IMG/VR virus record: IMGVR_UViG_3300049846_001482
Direction: 5' to 3' (one strand)
Length of the DNA stretch: 20,000 nucleotides
Origin: an uncultured virus (IMG/VR IMGVR_UViG_3300049846_001482)
Lineage: Duplodnaviria; Heunggongvirae; Uroviricota; Caudoviricetes
The translations under genes and the position numbers were made by a program. Below, piece by piece: positions 14,249-20,000 of this stretch. The notes below the pieces were generated by a model. The model was not told the origin of the DNA. It did not search any database and saw only the letters and a list, made by a program, of their open reading frames with translations. Position 1 is the first letter of the stretch; every line of letters begins with the position of its first letter.

Positions 14249-15607
14249 TTATTTTGCTCTATTAAGCGACTTCAACAGGTCGGCGGCATTCTTCACGCCA
14301 GAGACAATCTTCATTTCCTTCGTTTCAGTATTCAAGATGACCACTGGGATCTGTGAATCAAAATCATTCTTCTCAAATCCCAACATCTGACTGTAGCGGT
14401 CTTCCAACTTGTAAGAGCCAGTTCTGACGAACACCCTTGGCTTGCGTAGGAAGTGTTCTATCTTGATCTCAGCAATGTGGTTGTGTGAAATGGCCACAAT
14501 GTCGAACTTGGAGTCAATGTTCCTCAGGACGTTCTTGCAGCAACCAGTTCCATTCTCGCTGCTACCACCCTTGTATTTGTGTCTGGCATGGATGGAGTAG
14601 AGAACTTTTTGACCTTTATCGCCACGCTTGAGAGTCAAATTGATGTCGCCACCGTGACCCAAGTAGGGGATGTTCATCTTACGAGCAACGTGCTGCGGCA
14701 AGTTGTAGTCTGCGTAATCTCTGTCCCATGCATCGTGGCAACCCAAGATGGTCCACAGCAACTTGTCTTTCAGGTTTGTCGTAATCAGCTTGCCACCCAC
14801 GATCCTGGCCTGCATAGGAGGCATACAGGCTTCGACAATGCCTTCTTTGTGTGGTCCAGTGAAGAAGTTGTCGAGCAGGTCGCCACCAAAACCAACGTAG
14901 AAGTCCTTGGTGTTCTTGACGATCTCAAGATCTCGGCGTAGGAGATTCGTGTCGGTGTTGACGTTCTCAAGATGAATATCGCTCAAGAACATCAGAGCAA
15001 CGTACTTGTTTTGTGTGGTGATGGTGATGTTGGCTGAGTCCTGCTTGGAGTCCAATATCCCCGTGGAGGCCTTGTAGACCTCAAGAGCATCAAGAACTGA
15101 GTTTACGTCCTCAGATTCCCAACGCTTGACATTTTCCATCTCTACCTTGGATTGCTGCACGGTGCCTTTGAACTCTTCTACATATCTCTTTGGGATACCA
15201 TGCTTCTTTCCTATTGCGGCAACAGAGGTTCCCTTCAAGATGTCCTTCTTTATCTTGTCCTTAAGACTTTCATTGACAACACCATTTATCTTCATCTGAG
15301 CTATTTTGTCTCTCACGCCGCTCCAGCCTCTAGTTTTGAGTTCACGGGCTTTTCTTTCTTTCGAAGCCCCAACAAGCCAAAGTCCCTTAACGGAACCCTC
15401 TTCTTCTTTGGTGTAAGCATCACTTTGAATGGCCTTAAATGATACTTTGTTAATTCTGGCAAAACGTGTTAGATTTCTTGAACTAATGCTTCTTCCAAAC
15501 TTACTTAGAAGCATCTCATTGCACTTTGTCTTTGTATGACCAGCCTTTATCAGACTGATTAGATAACTTTTCTCAGCAGGTTTGAGCGTCTTGCCGGTAA
15601 ATGGCAT
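14249..15607 (-). CDS. HTH-containing calcineurin-like metallophosphoesterase
   Basis: LSDIH, GGDLLD, GCHD (GNHD variant), ARH, SHNH; N-terminal ~150 aa basic with HTH/Myb-like segments (YTKEEE...ARELKTRGWSGVRDKI; SVAAIGKKHGIP). Confidence 0.85.
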   Translation of the reverse strand: MPFTGKTLKPAEKSYLISLIKAGHTKTKCNEMLLSKFGRSISSRNLTRFARINKVSFKAIQSDAYTKEEEGSVKGLWLVGASKERKARELKTRGWSGVRDKIAQMKINGVVNESLKDKIKKDILKGTSVAAIGKKHGIPKRYVEEFKGTVQQSKVEMENVKRWESEDVNSVLDALEVYKASTGILDSKQDSANITITTQNKYVALMFLSDIHLENVNTDTNLLRRDLEIVKNTKDFYVGFGGDLLDNFFTGPHKEGIVEACMPPMQARIVGGKLITTNLKDKLLWTILGCHDAWDRDYADYNLPQHVARKMNIPYLGHGGDINLTLKRGDKGQKVLYSIHARHKYKGGSSENGTGCCKNVLRNIDSKFDIVAISHNHIAEIKIEHFLRKPRVFVRTGSYKLEDRYSQMLGFEKNDFDSQIPVVILNTETKEMKIVSGVKNAADLLKSLNRAK

Positions 15608-15640
15608 ATTAACATTTCTCCAGAAGGAGTTTCCTGATCT

Positions 15641-15668
15641 ATTATAGTCAAACCTAGTCTTTTTTCAA
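15641..15668 (-). promoter_or_regulatory. Sigma70-like promoter TTGAAA-N16-TATAAT
   Basis: Minus strand TTGAAA (15668-15663), AAAGACTAGGTTTGAC, TATAAT (15646-15641), upstream of the phosphoesterase operon (SD GGAG). Confidence 0.7.
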
Positions 15669-18458
15669 TTACTCAAAAATAGCAATTGATACATTGGAGT
15701 TCTGATTATCGAAAACAAAGAACCTCCAACTTATCCAAGTGATGCCACTGCCTCCCGCATATAGTTTTGCGTCAAATCTGAGTGTGTGGAATCCAGGCTC
15801 AAGATAGGTAGTGAAGCTGAGATTTCCATTGCCGGTATGCATATAGCCCGTTCCTATGGTATTAGCCATAGAATAGGGAAGAATGTTTAGGGCAGTAGAA
15901 ACGAGTCTGTTGTCAAGGTACATAAACACCCTGTAATCAACGTCAACAGAACCAGCGCCACCAAGCCTCATTACACCAACACCAAGGTTTGCAGTAATGA
16001 CACAAAGCCCACCCTTGGTATAGAAAGTTCTTCCGTATCCAGGGATGGTCGCTGTGGTGACTGCGCCAGATGGGAAATCGGTAGTCCACTGTGGTTGATC
16101 AGAGATTGATATGATTTGAACATTTTCTTTTTTCTTGTAGGGAACTATTGCTGGACCTTCGGTGATTTGGAATCCAGCCAAACCAAAGACACCAGTAGCA
16201 ACAGTGCCTGTTGAATTTGAATAAACACCAAGGTTGAGATTGAAATTGCTGCCGCTGGGTGGCGTGGCAAAGTTGTATACCTGCTTAGACCAGCTTGTTG
16301 AGTTAAACGTAGGAGCCGGTGAGGTTATTGAAAGCTGGGTAATGTTTCCAGTTCCAGCCACAGTACCAGAGATAGAGGTGCTTATTGCCAAACCACTTGC
16401 GCCTGCATTGAAGTTCTTCGTGTAATACGACAAAGCATAAGACGTGTTGGGTTTTAGATCTGGCATGGGTTGTGATATAGAGATGCCAGTTACATCAATG
16501 TTAAGTCCAGATCCAAGCAAGAACGATGATGTGTGAGGGAGAGATATGTAAACGTTCTGTTCGCCTGGAGAAAGAATAGCCTCTGTTCCGGTTCCAGCAA
16601 TTGTGCCAGAGAAAACCTGACCCAAGCCAGAATCAGAGAATGTTCCAGTAGCAACTCCAACTTGAACAAGATTCCTTGCATTGGGAGTAGAATCAAGTAG
16701 ATTATTTTCAAACTTCCAATATCCAAGTGTGCCTGAGGTTGGAATAATAAGAGGAGCGCTTCCAGATGGGAATGTTGTTTTGGCAAAGTTTGAGACAGCT
16801 AGACTTGTTATCAAGCCATTGAAGTTTGCCCCATTTGTTCCAAAAGCAGCAATTCTTTGCTCTGCTATATCTCCGCCTTGGAATGATCCATTGCTGAAAT
16901 CACTCAAGACCTCTGTGCCATCGATATATATTCTTCTTTTTACTCCATCCCATGTGTAAGCTATGTGATACCACTGGTTGTTCTTTATCACTGCACCCGT
17001 ATTCATTGGTACAGCATTGCTGCTCCAGCCGACGGCTGCAGGGGTCGCAGCAGACAAGAAGAAGTTTGTGCTATAGTTTGTGTTGGTAGAAAACTTTGTC
17101 CAAATTCTGTTTGTAGTATCACCAAACAAGCTGTTGGCGAATTTTTTCAAAGTAACTTCAATGGTATAGTTACCAGTAGTCCCAAGCACAGCCATAATAG
17201 AGTTTAGTGATGCTGGAGATCTTAGAAACTCAGCACCATTAGTAATTGGTCCATACGCAAAATCCCTGTTTGGTACAGATAGATTCCAGTTTGCAGGATA
17301 AGTAACTGTTCCAGTGATGTTGCCAGACGGAATTGCAAACGATGAATTTCTTACCAAATTGTCATAACCCTGGTTGACGGAGCTATACGACAACTCTCCA
17401 GCAATACTAAAGTTTCCTGTTGAGCCAACAATGTTTGTAGTCCCAAGGAAGGCGGTGCCGCTGACATAGAGGTTGTCTTTTACATACAAATTATGACCAG
17501 AAGTAACATTGAGGGTTGAATCAATGTTAACGCTCTTAGCTGGATCAGTTGATATGTTTATGTCTTTGTCTAGGTTAGTAGTGCTGATGTAATTGCTACC
17601 AATAGTGACGCCATTGCCAAACCTAGTTCCCAACTGATTGTTATCGATGGCTACAAAGTTGTTGCCAATTGCCTCTAAGCTGGTTCCAGTCTTCTGCCAG
17701 ATAGAGTCCATGCGGATTGGTGACATTCCATTGATCTCGTGGAAGTTACCAGTAACAGCATAGACATTTGCCAGAGGTGTAGCGGTTGAGCCAATATTGT
17801 TGTTTCCAGAGTTGACTAGGTTGATATCAACGTCAGTTCCAAGGAACAAATCATAGGTCAATGGATTTGTGAACAAGCTAGAATCCACGCTTCCAGATGC
17901 CAAATTCAGACCATTGATGGTCTGGGAATTGATGTCGATCACGCCACCGATCAGAAGGTTAGTTGCTCCCGATGCGCTGGCATTCGTGAACAACATGCCG
18001 CCGTCAGCAGTAACGGTTCCAAGGGTGACGTAGCCACTTCCAGAACTTGTTGTGATAACTGGGAAGTTGTAGCTTTCAACAGCTACCTGAGAGCCGTCAT
18101 CTGGATTGATATTGACAACTATGTTGGATGCGCCAGATGGGTTCTCGGATGGATCCGGGTTATAGGACACAGATCCATAAGTAAGGTAGACTGTCTTGGT
18201 TCCAGAAAAATCAATGTAGACATTCGTGCCAGAGTAGACCTGTATTCTCTCTCCATCACCGTTATAGCCATATCCCTGCGAAACAGTGAAAACATTGCTG
18301 CCGCTTATGCCAGATAGCGTCAACCCCTGCACAATACCAGGAACACCATTGGTAAAGGTTACAATGGCATCCTTGATGTTTTTCTCAACAGAAGAGTTGA
18401 GGAAGTTTAGGTTTTTGGGTTGAACCTGTTCGTGTTCAAAGAATATTGGCTTTTGCAT
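15669..18458 (-). CDS. Tail fibre / baseplate-anchored receptor-binding protein with LamG-like and CBM-like jelly-roll domains
   Basis: N-terminal FF...LN...GIVQGL...VSQGYGY..DGERI anchor-type motif; G/S/T/N-rich shaft; LamG motifs YTIEV, QWYHIAYTWDG..RRIYIDG, FNGLI, GYWKFEN; CBM-like NLVRNSSF...LKPNTSYALSYY...W...YNFATP. Confidence 0.8.
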   Translation of the reverse strand: MQKPIFFEHEQVQPKNLNFLNSSVEKNIKDAIVTFTNGVPGIVQGLTLSGISGSNVFTVSQGYGYNGDGERIQVYSGTNVYIDFSGTKTVYLTYGSVSYNPDPSENPSGASNIVVNINPDDGSQVAVESYNFPVITTSSGSGYVTLGTVTADGGMLFTNASASGATNLLIGGVIDINSQTINGLNLASGSVDSSLFTNPLTYDLFLGTDVDINLVNSGNNNIGSTATPLANVYAVTGNFHEINGMSPIRMDSIWQKTGTSLEAIGNNFVAIDNNQLGTRFGNGVTIGSNYISTTNLDKDINISTDPAKSVNIDSTLNVTSGHNLYVKDNLYVSGTAFLGTTNIVGSTGNFSIAGELSYSSVNQGYDNLVRNSSFAIPSGNITGTVTYPANWNLSVPNRDFAYGPITNGAEFLRSPASLNSIMAVLGTTGNYTIEVTLKKFANSLFGDTTNRIWTKFSTNTNYSTNFFLSAATPAAVGWSSNAVPMNTGAVIKNNQWYHIAYTWDGVKRRIYIDGTEVLSDFSNGSFQGGDIAEQRIAAFGTNGANFNGLITSLAVSNFAKTTFPSGSAPLIIPTSGTLGYWKFENNLLDSTPNARNLVQVGVATGTFSDSGLGQVFSGTIAGTGTEAILSPGEQNVYISLPHTSSFLLGSGLNIDVTGISISQPMPDLKPNTSYALSYYTKNFNAGASGLAISTSISGTVAGTGNITQLSITSPAPTFNSTSWSKQVYNFATPPSGSNFNLNLGVYSNSTGTVATGVFGLAGFQITEGPAIVPYKKKENVQIISISDQPQWTTDFPSGAVTTATIPGYGRTFYTKGGLCVITANLGVGVMRLGGAGSVDVDYRVFMYLDNRLVSTALNILPYSMANTIGTGYMHTGNGNLSFTTYLEPGFHTLRFDAKLYAGGSGITWISWRFFVFDNQNSNVSIAIFE

Positions 18459-18690
18459 TCATTTCTCCTGATTTTTCTAGATGCTCTAAAATTACATCTA
18501 CAAAGAAGTAGTAGTGTTTCCCGTCAATAAGCACTGGCAAATAACTTATCTGTGGGGCAAGTTGAACTTTCTCTCCATTTATGTCGGCAACGCCTTCTGT
18601 TACATAGAACTTCTGGACGTTTTTGTATTTAGCCTCAACGCCCTCTAGTTTCTGACATTGCTTACAGGTCTTATCAACTAAAAGTATCAT
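18436..18690 (-). CDS. Thioredoxin/glutaredoxin-like protein
   Basis: TCKQC active-site-like CxxC after first strand; YLPVLID cis-Pro-like motif; overlaps both neighbours. Confidence 0.65.
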   Translation of the reverse strand: MILLVDKTCKQCQKLEGVEAKYKNVQKFYVTEGVADINGEKVQLAPQISYLPVLIDGKHYYFFVDVILEHLEKSGEMNAKANIL

Positions 18691-20000
18691 CGTTTCTCAC
18701 AGAAAAGAACAGTGACCATTGGCAGTCTTACTGGGTGAGTATGAGCGCCGTTGGTTGATGTCCACAAGTTGCCATAAGACTCGCTGCCGCCACCCGTAGC
18801 GCCACCATTGTATCCGCCGCCAGGAACGTAGTGGGCGTGATCGCCAGCAGATGTTGTATCTCCAACTGGAGGATTGGTTGTTCCATTGCCAACAGCAGAT
18901 GTTCCGATTGCATTGTTTGGATTAGCCAACGGCGAGACGCTAGACGTATCCAATGGATTTGCTCCAATTGGGAGTCTTCCATAGAACTGAGTTAGGTTCC
19001 TAAATCCAGCTGGGCAACCCTGTGCAATCGGGTCGCTGAGTGTGTTTGCATCTCTTGTCAAAAACATTAAAATGGCTCCCGCTGGAACAGCGGCTACACC
19101 GGCTGAAAGTTCGGCGTTGGTAATAGTATGGGGAGCTATGTTGGAGGCAGTGATGGTGCCACTTCTTATCTGAGAACCCAAGATGCCAGTACCAGAATCT
19201 AGAGAGATAGATCCGTCGGCATTTCTTATCTTGCTTGTTACAACAGCGCCGTCAGCCAGCCTTGCTCCGTCCAACTGACCCTGTGTTATGTTGCTGGCGT
19301 TCAAGCCAACGGCAACCTGCTCACCTAAAGCCACATTAAACTTGGGGCTCTGTGCCGTGAGTCCAAGGAAAGCGCCATCAATGTTGACCGTGTTTCCAAA
19401 GTTACCGCTTATGTTAAAGTTGATGGCTCTAACACTTGTCATGTCCTTTGAGATATAGATTGGTTCAGTTGTCTCAAGTTTGATGTAGCCGTTGTTGTCC
19501 GATAGGGTGGTTCCAGAGTAAGCAGCAAACTGAACACCAGAAATAGGTGTGGCATCGCTTGGGTTATTGAAGAACTCAAGATAACCAGTGATACCAGTGG
19601 TTCCCTGATCGGCCAAGTTAAAGTCGTTTTGTGGTCGAGCATAGAAATAGGCGGTGATGGGCTCTCCATTAATAGGTCCACCAAAATCAACCTTTTGAGA
19701 TATCTTGAGGCTCTTTGCAACGCCAACCGATGTTCCACCGACCATCTTTGCTGAACGTAAGCCAAAGAGAGTTGTTGAAACATTGCTCTCAGCAGAAGCC
19801 GAAGTGCCGGTCTCTCCAGAAAAAGTCCAATTGGTCAAAGCAACGGAACTCTCCTCAAATGAAGAGTTTAACAGATAGTTTCTTGCACTAAAGTCGTTCA
19901 TAGAATCGTTGTAACCAAGCTTTGCAGAAGTCACAGCGCCATTCTTTAGGTGGTCCGTAGCAATACCATCGCCACTAGTGGCTATGTTCTCTCCGCCATC
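18687..20000 (-). CDS. Tail fibre protein with CBM-like domain, collar-like domain and HxH tip (5' end beyond window)
   Basis: Frame is open to 20000 (DGGENIATSGDGIATDHLKNGAVTSAKL...); NYLLNSSFE domain; GAVTSAKL/GAVVTSKI/GTITASNI/HTITNAEL repeats; VPAGAILMF...CPAGF...GRLPIG collar; DHAH and AHTH metal-binding motifs. Confidence 0.85.
   Translation of the reverse strand, partial: DGGENIATSGDGIATDHLKNGAVTSAKLGYNDSMNDFSARNYLLNSSFEESSVALTNWTFSGETGTSASAESNVSTTLFGLRSAKMVGGTSVGVAKSLKISQKVDFGGPINGEPITAYFYARPQNDFNLADQGTTGITGYLEFFNNPSDATPISGVQFAAYSGTTLSDNNGYIKLETTEPIYISKDMTSVRAINFNISGNFGNTVNIDGAFLGLTAQSPKFNVALGEQVAVGLNASNITQGQLDGARLADGAVVTSKIRNADGSISLDSGTGILGSQIRSGTITASNIAPHTITNAELSAGVAAVPAGAILMFLTRDANTLSDPIAQGCPAGFRNLTQFYGRLPIGANPLDTSSVSPLANPNNAIGTSAVGNGTTNPPVGDTTSAGDHAHYVPGGGYNGGATGGGSESYGNLWTSTNGAHTHPVRLPMVTVLFCEKR

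Noticed and set aside
1..15607. A single DNA hypermodification pathway uniting GT, WbqC, dNMP kinase, NDT and SpeD
   Set aside because: Genes lie in four separate transcription units and no base-activating enzyme (hydroxymethylase, TET/JBP, thymidylate-synthase homolog) is in the window; kept only as one option in the findings.
328..19783. Many 60-120 aa alternative-frame or antisense ORFs in the track (e.g. 328..582, 2930..3265, 3617..3922, 14579..14941, 19439..19783)
   Set aside because: They overlap well-supported genes, lack SDs or recognisable motifs, and look like shadow ORFs.
15669..20000. Diversity-generating retroelement targeting the fibres
   Set aside because: No reverse transcriptase and no template/variable repeat pair seen in this window.
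1..20000. CRISPR array, tRNA, structured ncRNA, intron/intein or IS
   Set aside because: Intergenic gaps are at most ~120 nt and explained by promoters/terminators; no spaced repeats, cloverleafs, splice motifs or transposases recognised.
1..20000. Active stop-codon reassignment
   Set aside because: Code 11 already gives near-complete coverage with intact conserved domains.

Overview
Gene-dense (28 supportable CDS, many ATGA/TGATG/TAATG overlaps) segment that reads as part of a large tailed-phage (probably jumbo myovirus-like) genome in the standard code. No rRNA, tRNA, CRISPR array, integrase or transposase is visible. Left to right: (1) a minus-strand amino-sugar/glycan cassette (two-domain glycosyltransferase, DegT/DnrJ/EryC1/StrS aminotransferase, WbqC-like protein cut by the window edge); (2) a plus-strand block with a small basic HNH-associated-repeat-like protein in its own promoter-terminator unit, a secreted lytic-transglycosylase-like protein, a dNMP kinase, a Zn-ribbon protein and an apparently inactive phage metallopeptidase homolog; (3) past a bidirectional terminator, a long minus-strand run with an HExxH protein, a 643-aa coiled-coil protein, SpeD, several small probable virion proteins, a second HExxH protein, a lysozyme-fold-like protein, DUF192, a nucleoside 2-deoxyribosyltransferase-like protein and an HTH-metallophosphoesterase; (4) two tail-fibre-like genes with a thioredoxin-like gene wedged between them. 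Signals not in the ORF track: three TTGAAW-N16-TATAAT promoters; a second 22-nt upstream motif (TCTTTTATAA-N4-CW-ATTTAG) found twice; a short peptide motif (ISFR...[KR]xA) shared by unrelated proteins and written with different codons, possibly a capsid-targeting or processing signal; and no TAG among 27 stop codons. All family calls come from motif recognition by eye, not database searches.
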